DNA from: Patescibacteria group bacterium
GTDB lineage: Bacteria > Patescibacteriota > UBA1384 > JBAYJO01
NCBI GenBank assembly: GCA_041665085.1
Contig: JBAYJO010000002.1
Coordinates: 19,413-83,412 of the forward strand
Reading direction: 5' to 3'
Length of the DNA stretch: 64,000 bases
A model generated the notes under the pieces. The model was given only the letters and a program-made list of their open reading frames with translations. It was not told where the DNA came from and did no database searches. A program made the translations under genes and the position numbers. Of the stretch, positions 20,202 to 30,678 are shown piece after piece. The first letter of the stretch is position 1. Every line of letters begins with the position of its first letter.

Positions 20202-21341
20202 TTATGTTTTAAAAACAATTTTTTTACTTCCCAAAAAATTCCAAATCATTACAAAAAGCGATGCAACTACTTTAGATGAATTTAAAACAATTGGACGGGT
20301 AATGTCAAGGCTAAAAACTCGTCCAAAGTACGGGAGAGTAATTTTTAAAATAAACAAATTCAAAAGAAAACCGGTTGCCGTGATCATTATATATTGAACA
20401 TATTGAACATGCAGCTTTTTTTGATTCTTAATTTCTTTAAATGTCCAAGATCTATTCCAAATAAAATTATTAGTTGCGGCAATAATAAAAGAAATTGCTG
20501 CTGCATAATATACATTCATATGAAAATAAACTAAAATATTTAAAATACCAAAATCAATCACTGTTCCAGAAATCCCAATTAGTCCAAATTTGACCATTTG
20601 CCTTGTCTTTTTTTGTTTCATAAGAAGTTTAAAAACAGCGCGAGCAGATGAGATTATTTCTTTGATCCCCATTTTACTTTTTCCAATTTTTCGATCAACA
20701 AAAATAATTGGAATTTCACCAATTTTAAATCCTGCCCGTTGCACTCGAAAAATCAGCTCTTCCATAAAAGCATAACCGGTTGAGACAATTTCATCTAAAT
20801 TTATTTTTTTTAACACTTCAACTTTATAACATCGATATCCGGTTGTGATATCTTTTGGCTTTAACCTTAAAAGACTACGAGTCAGAAGATTGGCTCCCCA
20901 ACTAGTTAAATAACGATAAAACGGCCAACCTATAACACCGCCGCCTTTGACCCAACGCGAACCTAAAACCAAATCATATTTTTCACTTTTTCGTATCAAC
21001 TCCGGGATGTATTTTGGATCATGAGAAAGATCGGCATCCATCTGAAAAATAAGATCATATTGATTTTTAATAGCATATTTAAAACCTTCAACATATGCTG
21101 AACCAATACCTAATTTTCCTTTTCGATGTAATATTTTTATTCTGGGGTCATCTTTAGCCATATTATCAACCAACTCACCAGTACCATCAGGTGAATTATC
21201 ATCGATTACTAATATTTCTATGTTTCCATTGACATCTAAAACCAAAGGTATAAGTTTACCGATATTTTCTTTTTCATTGTAAGTTGGGGTGATGAAAAGT
21301 ATTTTCATAACAATAAAATAATTCTCGATTTTAATTTTCAA
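20202..21341 (-). CDS. GT2 polyprenol-phosphate glycosyltransferase fused to C-terminal GtrA-like membrane domain
   Basis: N-terminal GT2 (ILFITPTYNEKENI...VIDDNSPDGT, DxD), C-terminal 4-TM GtrA-like segment. Confidence 0.8.
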   Translation of the reverse strand: MKIKIENYFIVMKILFITPTYNEKENIGKLIPLVLDVNGNIEILVIDDNSPDGTGELVDNMAKDDPRIKILHRKGKLGIGSAYVEGFKYAIKNQYDLIFQMDADLSHDPKYIPELIRKSEKYDLVLGSRWVKGGGVIGWPFYRYLTSWGANLLTRSLLRLKPKDITTGYRCYKVEVLKKINLDEIVSTGYAFMEELIFRVQRAGFKIGEIPIIFVDRKIGKSKMGIKEIISSARAVFKLLMKQKKTRQMVKFGLIGISGTVIDFGILNILVYFHMNVYYAAAISFIIAATNNFIWNRSWTFKEIKNQKKLHVQYVQYIMITATGFLLNLFILKITLPYFGRVFSLDITRPIVLNSSKVVASLFVMIWNFLGSKKIVFKT

Positions 21342-23235
21342 AATTATTTAGATAGTCTAAAGCCTTGGTGGTTTTTTCTAAGTCTTTGTAATTTAATTTA
21401 AATACAAAAGTGCCATTAACCTGTTTTATTAACCCGTAATTATTTTCATCGTTAAGCAAATTGTATATTTGATCAAATTGCTGCTTTTCATCTAGCGGCC
21501 AAGTAGAACCGTAGAGACTTAAAACATAATACTCGGCAGTCAAAGCATCTTTTGTGTTTTCCAAAGGTCTTTGGTAAATCATAGCTCTATTAGCCAAATG
21601 AGGAACAATTGAGTGTTGAGCCGAGACAGACGCATCTTTTGGAATAATCGAAATTGCTTCATTAATATCCCGAGCCCAGCTTGGAATAATATAAGTATTT
21701 TTTTTGAAAATGGTTAAGATAGGACTTCTTTGCCATACTGTTATCGAAATCGAACTCACAACAATTATCAAAGCGAATAAAGCAGCTATATTATTGCCAA
21801 AGTTAATTTTATATTTTGAAGATATAAAATTACTTAAATTTGTTAATCGTAAAATTCCAATAATTGCTCCAATTGCTAACACTGGGGCAATTGCTATTGA
21901 GTAATGAAAATTAATCCCCCACCTTAAAATAGAATCGTTCAATAATTGCTCAACCAACAAAGGAAAACCCAAAAACAAAACAATTTCTGGTGCCAATAAT
22001 GTTAAAAATCCAAAAGATACAAAATATTTTAATATCGTATCCATTCTTGTAATATAGGAAAAAAGATTTTCTATAACAAAAAACGGATTCGTAATAATTG
22101 TTTTTATAGCTTCAGAGGGAGTTTTTCCCAAAACACCATATTGAAAATAGTCAAATTTTCCGCTCTGATTGAAAGCTGGAATTACAAATTTAGTGACTGC
22201 TAAATACCAAAGCAACCCCAACAAAGCAGTCGTTATTCCAACTTTTTTTTCTTTTGTAAATATTACTGAAAAAATTCCCAGGAACAGAATTAATATCGGA
22301 GCATCCTCTTTAGAAATTAAAGCTAAAAATACAAACAACCAATACCAAATAAACTTACGTTCATATAAAAACAAAAAAGCAAATGCAAAAAAAGTTGGGA
22401 TGAACGTCGCCCCATGAATACCAAAGGCCAATGCACTTTGCAAACCAATAAATAATAAATAAGCAATAGAAATTGCAAGAGCCGAAAAATCATTTTTAAG
22501 AATTCTTCTACCCAATAAATAAATTGGTATGGAACCGGCGCATACAAAAATAGATTGAATAATCAAGACTGTTTGAGGAAATGGAAATAAACGATAAATT
22601 GGAGAAAGAAATGGAAAAAGCAAAATAAAATGATCACCTAAAAGATAATATGCTCCTTTTATCGTACTGGGACCCAGATGGAAATTGGCATAGTTATAAA
22701 AAGCTTGCACATAAAGGCCAAAATCCATTGCATGACTTTGAAAATGTGTATGAACAGAAATCGACATAATACTATAAAAAATGGCAAACAATAAAATAAC
22801 AAAATATGGAAAATATTTATTAATCTTAATTTTAAAGTATTGGTTGAAGCTTAGCCAAGCATATAAAGATACTGCAACTGAAAATAAAAAAACTTGAATA
22901 AATCTTCCATAAAAAGGAATATTTAGCTTATAAAGTGCTAATAATAAAAACAAAATTGGTAAATAATAAATTACTATCTTTTTGTTGAAAGAAAATTCTT
23001 TATTCTTTAAATATCCTAAAAATGATATTACTAATGAAAAAATTAATAATAATATAAAATAATTTTTATTAGGAAAAGTATTCACTCCGATTAAATCACT
23101 ATAATTAACCGACGCAAAAGATAATGTAAAAAAATTATACGCAATTAGATAAGCTAACAAAACACAGCCAAAATAAATTGCAAATATTTGAGAAAATTTT
23201 TTTTCTATCATTAAGTCACCGCTATTAACAACCAA
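21331..23235 (-). CDS. large polytopic membrane protein (DUF2079-like), glycan-cluster associated
   Basis: 634 aa, many TM helices, located inside glycosyltransferase cluster. Confidence 0.45.
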   Translation of the reverse strand: MVVNSGDLMIEKKFSQIFAIYFGCVLLAYLIAYNFFTLSFASVNYSDLIGVNTFPNKNYFILLLIFSLVISFLGYLKNKEFSFNKKIVIYYLPILFLLLALYKLNIPFYGRFIQVFLFSVAVSLYAWLSFNQYFKIKINKYFPYFVILLFAIFYSIMSISVHTHFQSHAMDFGLYVQAFYNYANFHLGPSTIKGAYYLLGDHFILLFPFLSPIYRLFPFPQTVLIIQSIFVCAGSIPIYLLGRRILKNDFSALAISIAYLLFIGLQSALAFGIHGATFIPTFFAFAFLFLYERKFIWYWLFVFLALISKEDAPILILFLGIFSVIFTKEKKVGITTALLGLLWYLAVTKFVIPAFNQSGKFDYFQYGVLGKTPSEAIKTIITNPFFVIENLFSYITRMDTILKYFVSFGFLTLLAPEIVLFLGFPLLVEQLLNDSILRWGINFHYSIAIAPVLAIGAIIGILRLTNLSNFISSKYKINFGNNIAALFALIIVVSSISITVWQRSPILTIFKKNTYIIPSWARDINEAISIIPKDASVSAQHSIVPHLANRAMIYQRPLENTKDALTAEYYVLSLYGSTWPLDEKQQFDQIYNLLNDENNYGLIKQVNGTFVFKLNYKDLEKTTKALDYLNNFEN

Positions 23236-24401
23236 AATATTAAGGCTAAATCGTTTTTCCAGTAAGGTGTATCAACAAAACCAAAAATCACAATACTTAA
23301 CATAATTGATAATAACAAATAATTTTTTCGTTGCCAATTTGCGTTAATGAATATACAAAGAATCCAAACAAAAGCGCTTAATCCTAAAATACCCAAATTA
23401 ACCCAGAAGGTTAAAAATATATTATGTGGAGTTAAAGCCATAGGAGAAACATATTCAGGATAGTTTACTCGATTTTTTGTGAATTCTGTAAAATAATTCT
23501 GATAATTTCCCAAGCCTACACCAAAAATTGGTTTTTGTTTAATAATTTCAAAAGTTGTCTGCCAAATCATTACCCTTAAATTATTTGACGTGGCAACTCG
23601 TCCATCTTTGGCTTCAGGGCTAAAATTCGGTCCAAAAAATTTCCATCCTATCATACCTGAAATTGTAATAAACAAAATTGATAAAACTAATAATAATATA
23701 CGCATCTTTTCTTTTTTCTGGTAATATCTAAATCCCAAAAATAATATTAATCCAGCAATCACAGATATAAAACCTGCTCTTGATCCCGAGACATATACAC
23801 CAAACATTGTAAAAAATGACACAACCAACCAAAAATACAATATCTTATTTTTTATATTTTTAATCACTTGAATAACCCCCAGCACCACTATCGGGGCCAA
23901 ATAAAGTGCTAAATAATTTGGGGAAGAATTAAAAACTCCAAGTACTCTGCCATCATCAGAGGTTTGATGATTAAAATATTGCACAAATGAATGCATCCCA
24001 ACCAATAAACCAGATAAAGCTATGCAATAAATTATATTATTTTTATTAATTTTTTTTGTATTAATTATTATTAAATAAATAATTATCGGATCAATTAAGT
24101 ATGCTTTGAAAAGACCAAGTGCCTGCATTTTATCTGGAGAAATATATGTTGAAATTAATCCTGATAATATTAATAATACAATTGGAATTTTATATAAACC
24201 TAAATTAATTTTTATTTTTTGTCGATAGCTACTTATTATAAAAAATAGTGCTGAAATATAAATTAATATTTCTAGCAAAGTTGTAGGTATACCAAAAATA
24301 TTAAACCGTACTAAATAACTTGGCAAACCAACAACTATTATCATTACCAACCAATTATTCATCTTTACAATCTCCTTTGAAAGCGATATTCTGTATGGCA
24401 A
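23211..24401 (-). CDS. O-antigen ligase/polymerase-like (Wzy_C domain) membrane protein
   Basis: polytopic with loop motif YVSGSRAGFISVIAGLIL typical of Wzy_C; true start may be internal Met near 24362. Confidence 0.6.
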   Translation of the reverse strand: MPYRISLSKEIVKMNNWLVMIIVVGLPSYLVRFNIFGIPTTLLEILIYISALFFIISSYRQKIKINLGLYKIPIVLLILSGLISTYISPDKMQALGLFKAYLIDPIIIYLIIINTKKINKNNIIYCIALSGLLVGMHSFVQYFNHQTSDDGRVLGVFNSSPNYLALYLAPIVVLGVIQVIKNIKNKILYFWLVVSFFTMFGVYVSGSRAGFISVIAGLILFLGFRYYQKKEKMRILLLVLSILFITISGMIGWKFFGPNFSPEAKDGRVATSNNLRVMIWQTTFEIIKQKPIFGVGLGNYQNYFTEFTKNRVNYPEYVSPMALTPHNIFLTFWVNLGILGLSAFVWILCIFINANWQRKNYLLLSIMLSIVIFGFVDTPYWKNDLALIFWLLIAVT

Positions 24402-25773
24402 GAATTAATCCTATTAAAAACCATACATGAATTATATATAAAGTAGAAAACGTAAAGTATTGAATAAGAATTCCAGTAAGCGCTAATGTAGTACCTAAAA
24501 TCATTGATTTAAGAAAAATATCTCTGGTGACACGATAAGCAATAAATGATCTACAATATATCGTAAAAATAACCAAGATAAAAACCGACAGACCTACAAC
24601 GCCCATTTCACACAAAATTTCCAAATACTCATTATTAACTGTCGGCCATCCTGAAACTCCAGGATCAGATGGGTAATTTTTAACATAAGGACCAAAATTA
24701 CCAGGGCCAATACCAAATATTTTGTGATTTTGCCATGCTTCCAAAGATTGGTCAAATGTAGTTAGTCGCGCTACTGTTGATTCGCTTTTTCCTAAGTCTC
24801 CTAACGTTGCCTGTTTCATAAACACAGAAACAGAATTTGAACCTGTACGAGCCAAAAATAAATATGCGCCGATAAAAGTAATTGAAAATACAACTAAAAT
24901 ATATTTTAAGTTCTTTATTGAAAATACATTTTTAAATTGCAAAATTATCACTACAAATGCTACTACACAAAGTCCTAAATAAGCACCTCTTGAAAGAGTA
25001 AGAATCATATTTAAAAATATAATTGAAAATATAACCAATAAAAATTTTTTGGAAAAAATTAATTTATCGTTTTTCAAAAATAGAATCAATGTAATACATA
25101 ACGGTATAAAAAGAAAATCTGCATAAAAAAGTGGCTCCATGGAAAATGCTTGAATACGCGGAAAACCAAACACTTCTTTTGTATATATGTCCTTAAGAAT
25201 CGTGATCGTAGTCGGTAAACCTATTACATCACCAAAAAATTGGAAAAAACCAAAAATCCCTACTAAAAACGATGTGGCTAAGAGATATTTTGTTACCGCT
25301 TGCAATTTAAGCTTAGTGTTGATTAAATTAGTTACTGCAAAGCTTATTAAGATCATAAAAAAAGTAAACACAAGAACAGTAATCGCCCTGGTTAAATTCT
25401 CAGCTTGAGACATTGAGATAATCATACTTGCTGAAAATAATAAAATAAGCGGCGCAACCGCATAAGAACTAAATTTCTTCTTTTTAAAAACTTTATATAA
25501 AATCAAACTTACAATAGTTAGACTGGCAATTAATTGATTGGCTCGTATGTCAATATTTCCAATATTAATTGATGGAAATCTCTCAAACGGTATTGATATA
25601 ATTAAAGCTAATAATCCAACAAAAGGATTTTTGCTTATCATTATTACTGCTAAAATTACTAAGCCAGTAAATAGGGGGAAAAAAACACTCAACAGACCAA
25701 AATAATATATTAAAAATAAATCAGCAATTATAAAAACTGTAATAAAAATTGTTATTAGCAATTTATTCTTCAT
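24355..25773 (-). CDS. O-antigen ligase/polymerase-like (Wzy_C domain) membrane protein, paralog
   Basis: polytopic; TLSRGAYLGLCVVAFVVI motif. Confidence 0.6.
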   Translation of the reverse strand: MKNKLLITIFITVFIIADLFLIYYFGLLSVFFPLFTGLVILAVIMISKNPFVGLLALIISIPFERFPSINIGNIDIRANQLIASLTIVSLILYKVFKKKKFSSYAVAPLILLFSASMIISMSQAENLTRAITVLVFTFFMILISFAVTNLINTKLKLQAVTKYLLATSFLVGIFGFFQFFGDVIGLPTTITILKDIYTKEVFGFPRIQAFSMEPLFYADFLFIPLCITLILFLKNDKLIFSKKFLLVIFSIIFLNMILTLSRGAYLGLCVVAFVVIILQFKNVFSIKNLKYILVVFSITFIGAYLFLARTGSNSVSVFMKQATLGDLGKSESTVARLTTFDQSLEAWQNHKIFGIGPGNFGPYVKNYPSDPGVSGWPTVNNEYLEILCEMGVVGLSVFILVIFTIYCRSFIAYRVTRDIFLKSMILGTTLALTGILIQYFTFSTLYIIHVWFLIGLILAIQNIAFKGDCKDE

Positions 25774-26713
25774 ATATATTGTCCTGTTTAAACCAGTCTC
25801 TTTCTAGAATATCATTATCAGACATTTTTTGGTATTTAACGTTTTCTTTTCTAATAGTAATTATCTGACCAAATTTTGACAATGCCATTAAAAAACCAAG
25901 AGTAGAAAAATAATTGCCTTTAAACAATTGAAGCGTTACTCTAAACGGAATACTTAACAAATTAAATAATAATTTTTGTTTATTTGTTAAATTAATCCAA
26001 TTAAACAAGAATTTATTTCTTTCAGAAATTTTTTTTATATATTTCACAGATATTTTTTTAGCGGTACTTTCGTGATTATGACAAACAACGCTTTTGGGTT
26101 CAAATAATGAAATCCAGCCACGTTTCCATGCGCGGTATCCTAAATCTACATCTTCCCAATAAAAAGGAGAATATATTTCTGAAAATCCGCCAATAGCAAC
26201 GAATTTATCTTTAGCTGTCAAAAAACAGCCTCCGGCCGGATATAAAATTTCTATGGTTTTTTTAATCTCTTTCAATTTGCTAAACATATTTTTGAACCTA
26301 ATAATACCAAATTCATAATATCCGTAGCTAGCTCCTTCAAAATGCTCTCCTTGTTTATCTGGTACAATCTGCAAACTACTAACTGAAAAAATATCATCCT
26401 TTAGATCAGAAATAAGTGGTTTTAAGAAATCTTTTTCTGGTTTAACATCATTGTTTAGAAAGAGTAATAAATTCCCATTAGCTTTTTCTGCCCCTCTATT
26501 ACAGGCGATTGAAAAGCCGTAATTTTTATCTAAAGAAATTAATCTTATATTTGGATATTTTTCTTTAAGAAAATTCGAAGTTTCATCTGACGAACCATTA
26601 TCAACAACAATTATTTCTGAATCGAAATCGCCAAGAGAGATAATTACGGATGGTAAATTTTTCTCCAATAATTTTAAGCCGTTAAGAGTTGGGATAATTA
26701 CACTAATTTTCAT
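25763..26713 (-). CDS. glycosyltransferase family 2
   Basis: MKISVIIPTLNG...IVVDNGSSDET, DVD motif. Confidence 0.8.
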   Translation of the reverse strand: MKISVIIPTLNGLKLLEKNLPSVIISLGDFDSEIIVVDNGSSDETSNFLKEKYPNIRLISLDKNYGFSIACNRGAEKANGNLLLFLNNDVKPEKDFLKPLISDLKDDIFSVSSLQIVPDKQGEHFEGASYGYYEFGIIRFKNMFSKLKEIKKTIEILYPAGGCFLTAKDKFVAIGGFSEIYSPFYWEDVDLGYRAWKRGWISLFEPKSVVCHNHESTAKKISVKYIKKISERNKFLFNWINLTNKQKLLFNLLSIPFRVTLQLFKGNYFSTLGFLMALSKFGQIITIRKENVKYQKMSDNDILERDWFKQDNIYEE

Positions 26714-27777
26714 AAATTTTCTATTAAAATTTTTTCAAATTTTTTTACTTGTTTGTCCCAAGAAAAATTCGAGGCTTTTTTAATAGCATTTTGACCCAAA
26801 TGACGTTGTAATGATTGATCTTTGAGCAACTTAATTAGTGATTGATGAATTGCCTCTGAATCTTTAACAGGAACGATAATTGCACAATTTTTATCAGTAA
26901 AATCAGCAACTGCTCCAGAATTAGTAGTTATCACAGCGCAACCGCAAGCCATTGCTTCAAGCGGCGGTAAACCAAATCCTTCCCTGTGGCTCGGCCAGAT
27001 GAAGATATCACTTTGTTGATAAGGTACAGCGATTTTTTCTTCAGGCAATTTAAAATAAAATTTATCTACTAATTTTTCCAGATCCAACGGAAGTTTTTGT
27101 ACTCCAAACATTATTAATTTAATATCTGGAAATTTTTCTTTTGCTCTGTTAAACGCCTCTATTCCATCTGAAACGCCTTTGTATGGCAGTGGATGATATA
27201 ACATCAATATTCTATTATATTGTTTTTTTTCTGAAGCTGGTTTAAAAGTATTAAGATCTATTGCAGGAGAAGCTATTCCGTAAACCTTTTGCTTAAAATC
27301 ATTTTCTAAAAAATCTTTCTGCCATGTTCCTGAAGCAATTTTTTTAAGAGGCATTCGAAATGTTTTATCTACATCCTCTTTGCTCCGAGCCCATGTTTCA
27401 TAATCTAAAACATAATAAAATTTTTCTCCCTTAGATTTAGAATATTTTTCAACCCAATCTGCTGTTTCGTTAGCTGTGGCAATTACTACATCAGCATCCG
27501 GAATATATTTTTCTGAAAGATCAGGCACTTTCTTGATTTTTGCTTTTAACTTAAACCACTTAGAAGATTCTTCGTTTCCTTTTTGAGCTTCAATAAAATA
27601 TTTTATTGATCTAAAATATCTTTCTACTCTCCAAATAGCATTTTGTTTTGGAAACAACTTTCCTGGATAAACAATATTTACTTCATGACCCAGATCAACC
27701 AAACCATTTGCAATAGAAAAATAGTGCTTAATACCACCTGTTATTCCGGCAAAAGGGAGTATAAAAGTTATTTTCAT
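26710..27777 (-). CDS. glycosyltransferase family 4
   Basis: [21 protein letters not shown]. Confidence 0.8.
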   Translation of the reverse strand: MKITFILPFAGITGGIKHYFSIANGLVDLGHEVNIVYPGKLFPKQNAIWRVERYFRSIKYFIEAQKGNEESSKWFKLKAKIKKVPDLSEKYIPDADVVIATANETADWVEKYSKSKGEKFYYVLDYETWARSKEDVDKTFRMPLKKIASGTWQKDFLENDFKQKVYGIASPAIDLNTFKPASEKKQYNRILMLYHPLPYKGVSDGIEAFNRAKEKFPDIKLIMFGVQKLPLDLEKLVDKFYFKLPEEKIAVPYQQSDIFIWPSHREGFGLPPLEAMACGCAVITTNSGAVADFTDKNCAIIVPVKDSEAIHQSLIKLLKDQSLQRHLGQNAIKKASNFSWDKQVKKFEKILIENL

Positions 27778-28850
27778 TTTTGAGCTAATCTTTCATAAAC
27801 TTTTATTGTTTGACGAGCTGTTTCTTCCCATGAAAATTTCCGTGCTTGAATCAAGCTTTTTTTACTTAAGTCAGCTTGAATTTTTCCACTTGTTAAAATT
27901 TCTCCAATAGCTTTAATCCATCCATTTTTATCATCTGGAGAAACTAAATAGCCAGCGTCTTCAACAACTTCCGGCAAAGATGATGTATTTGACGAGATAA
28001 CCGGCGTCCCACAACTCATAGCTTCAAGCGGCGGCAGCCCAAATCCTTCATAAAGAGAAGGAAAAGTAAAAAGAGAAGCACCATTATATAGATAAGGCAT
28101 ATCTTCATCAGAAATATAACCGGCAAAATTTACTCTGCTTGATAAATTTAAATCTTTGACAAGCTCGAATAGACTTTCATAATACCATCCTTTTTTTCCA
28201 GCAATAACCAAATTGTGTTTTATTGAACTATCTTTTATTACTTCTGAAAAAACTTTTACCAAAAAAGGTAAATTTTTTCTTGGCTCAAGAGTACCGACAT
28301 GCATTATATAAGGTGAATTGATTTTGTATTTTTTAGTTATTTGATTAATTTTTTCTTTATCTTCGATTAATTTAAATTCTTCACTTGCCGCATCATAGAT
28401 GACAGTTACATCATCCATATTAATCGGTAACAATTTTTTAATATCTTTTTTTGTATGTTCGGAAATTGCGATATAAGTATCGGCAAAACGATAGCTAAAA
28501 GGCATCCATTTTGAATAGAACAATCTTGAAAAAAACGGCAGATTTTGCGGAAAAAAGACAGAAATTAAATCATTTATTGTTACTACCTTCTTAGCACGAG
28601 TTAAAATCGGAGCGGAAAAACAAGGCTGATGCACAATATCTGCTTTGAATTTTGCAGCTTCAATTGGAAACCTGATTTGATCCCAAATTATTCTTTGGGG
28701 AGTTGAAAGATCTCTATCTTTGTGAGGCTCTACTAATAAATATTCGTTTTTTGTATCTATTTTTTTTAAATTTTCAACTAAATTTGAAACATAAAAACCA
28801 AAACCGCTTTTTTGGCCAGCTGTTGTTTGTACATCAATTGCTATTTTCAT
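27774..28850 (-). CDS. glycosyltransferase family 4
   Basis: [21 protein letters not shown]. Confidence 0.8.
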   Translation of the reverse strand: MKIAIDVQTTAGQKSGFGFYVSNLVENLKKIDTKNEYLLVEPHKDRDLSTPQRIIWDQIRFPIEAAKFKADIVHQPCFSAPILTRAKKVVTINDLISVFFPQNLPFFSRLFYSKWMPFSYRFADTYIAISEHTKKDIKKLLPINMDDVTVIYDAASEEFKLIEDKEKINQITKKYKINSPYIMHVGTLEPRKNLPFLVKVFSEVIKDSSIKHNLVIAGKKGWYYESLFELVKDLNLSSRVNFAGYISDEDMPYLYNGASLFTFPSLYEGFGLPPLEAMSCGTPVISSNTSSLPEVVEDAGYLVSPDDKNGWIKAIGEILTSGKIQADLSKKSLIQARKFSWEETARQTIKVYERLAQK

Positions 28851-30303
28851 TTTTATTTAAATTAATTATTTGATTAATTATAGCAATATCAATTGCTTTT
28901 GTTAAAAAAAGAAAAACTACATATGTAATTGTACCCAAAAAAGCTGAAATTACAAAACCTAAAGATTTCGACAAATAAATAACTAACCCCATAATAATTG
29001 CACTAAATATGTATTTGATAAAATTAGTCATTTTAGGTAAAAAATCAATATACCTACGGTAAATTTTAAAAGCAAAATACAGAGATAAAAATTCTGAAAG
29101 AACCGTAATGATTGCTGCTGCTAAATAACTCCAGTAATGAATAAAAATTATGTTTAAACTTAAATTAATAATTGCAATAATAATATTTGGCATAATCAAA
29201 TCACGTTGTTTTTTCATAGCTAAAACCACTTGCCCAAAGAGAAGTGAAATGCCGCTAAGTCCTAAAGCTAAAAGTAATATACTTAGTACAATAGAAGGTG
29301 TAATTGCATAACCGTGCCAAGAAATGGCAGATGCATTCACAAATTCATTACCACCAATAATTTTTATTATTGGAACTGACAAAAATATTCCACCAATAAC
29401 AATTGGCCATGTAATTAAATTCAAAAAATCAAATGATTTTTGAACAGCATTATTTAGCCTTTCATCTTTTTGACTTATATACTGCGTAATAATTGGGAAC
29501 ATAGCACCCATAAACATCGCCGGTAAAGTCAAAACAATCTCCAGCACTTTATAACTCGCCCCATAAATACCAACATCATAGCTCGGCTTCATTAATGAAA
29601 GTACCACCATATCAATTTTGAAATATATAAAACCAATAATAATAAGAATGCCCATCGGTAATGCTTCTTTATAAATCATTTTCCAAAATTCAAAATCAAA
29701 AGCAGGTTTTATAGCTACATATTTTTTTGCAAAAAGATAATTTATTACAAAATTTACAAAATTTCCAATGATATATGCTGTGATTATTAGGGTAAGATTA
29801 GTACTTTTATGACTAATTACCAGTAAAGAAATAAGTATTATTAAACGCCCAATAACATCACTAATAACTCCTTTGTCAATACGAAATTTTGCTTGAAAAA
29901 GCGCAATAATTGTTGAGTTCATTGACAAGAAAAAAACAGCCAGTGAGGCTAAAGCAATTCCAATTTTTATTATCGGCTCATAAGGTAAAAATTGAGCGAT
30001 TATCACTGAAATTAGATAAATAACAATAGCAATAACTGCTCTAAAAGTAATAATATTATTTACAATTTTTTCTAAAGGATATTTAGCAAAAACGATTTCA
30101 CGAACCAAAACGGTAAAAAAACCCATATCAACAATTACGGCTATAAAATTTACATATGCAAATGCAGTAGTATATTGACCAAAACCATTAACTCCAAGAC
30201 TACGAGTTAGTATTCCAATTATAAATAGAGAAATTATTGTTGTAACTACCTTGCCAACGATTTGCACAGTAGTATTATAAGCAACTTTTTTTGTTAAACT
30301 CAT
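28834..30303 (-). CDS. polysaccharide biosynthesis protein / Wzx-like flippase (MOP superfamily)
   Basis: 489 aa, about 12-14 TM helices, heads the glycosyltransferase operon. Confidence 0.7.
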   Translation of the reverse strand: MSLTKKVAYNTTVQIVGKVVTTIISLFIIGILTRSLGVNGFGQYTTAFAYVNFIAVIVDMGFFTVLVREIVFAKYPLEKIVNNIITFRAVIAIVIYLISVIIAQFLPYEPIIKIGIALASLAVFFLSMNSTIIALFQAKFRIDKGVISDVIGRLIILISLLVISHKSTNLTLIITAYIIGNFVNFVINYLFAKKYVAIKPAFDFEFWKMIYKEALPMGILIIIGFIYFKIDMVVLSLMKPSYDVGIYGASYKVLEIVLTLPAMFMGAMFPIITQYISQKDERLNNAVQKSFDFLNLITWPIVIGGIFLSVPIIKIIGGNEFVNASAISWHGYAITPSIVLSILLLALGLSGISLLFGQVVLAMKKQRDLIMPNIIIAIINLSLNIIFIHYWSYLAAAIITVLSEFLSLYFAFKIYRRYIDFLPKMTNFIKYIFSAIIMGLVIYLSKSLGFVISAFLGTITYVVFLFLTKAIDIAIINQIINLNKNENSN

Positions 30304-30363
30304 TATTTAATCATATCAATTAGAGGGTTAATTTTCAAACAACAAAATCAAATAAATTAGTTT

Positions 30364-30439
30364 TGGTGCGCCCAAGAGGATTTGAACCTCTGACCTTGTG
30401 CTCCGCAAGCACACGCTCTATCCGCTGAGCTATGGGCGC
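30364..30439 (-). tRNA. tRNA-Arg (anticodon GCG)
   Basis: 76-nt cloverleaf: acceptor GCGCCCA/TGGGCGC, D-arm GCTC/GAGC, anticodon stem TGTGC/GCACA with loop TTGCGGA, T-arm AGAGG-TTCAAAT-CCTCT, encoded CCA. Confidence 0.6.
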
Positions 30440-30555
30440 AAAGCTGTATCTGTTATTTATATTCCCTGATTATAATATCATATTTTTCCGATTTTACCAG
30501 ATAAGTCTTTGCACTTTTGTTTTTTTATTGATAATATTATTATTTTATTTTATTT

Positions 30556-30589
30556 ATACCACCTTAATGATATATCATTAAGGTGGTAT
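30556..30589. promoter_or_regulatory. perfect 34-bp palindrome ataccaccttaatgata|tatcattaaggtggtat between tRNA-Arg and coiled-coil gene promoter
   Basis: exact 17+17 inverted repeat read directly; about 25 nt upstream of -35 of downstream gene. Confidence 0.5.
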
Positions 30590-30613
30590 GTTTTAGACTG
30601 TCGATACGCCTCC

Positions 30614-30642
30614 TTGACAAACCATATTTAGTTGCGATAATA
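30614..30642 (+). promoter_or_regulatory. sigma70-like promoter TTGACA-N17-ATAATA
   Basis: exact -35, 17-nt spacer, near-consensus -10; about 35 nt upstream of ATG at 30679. Confidence 0.5.
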
Positions 30643-30678
30643 ACCTTAGACAAACTGATTAAAAAGAAAGGAATTACA

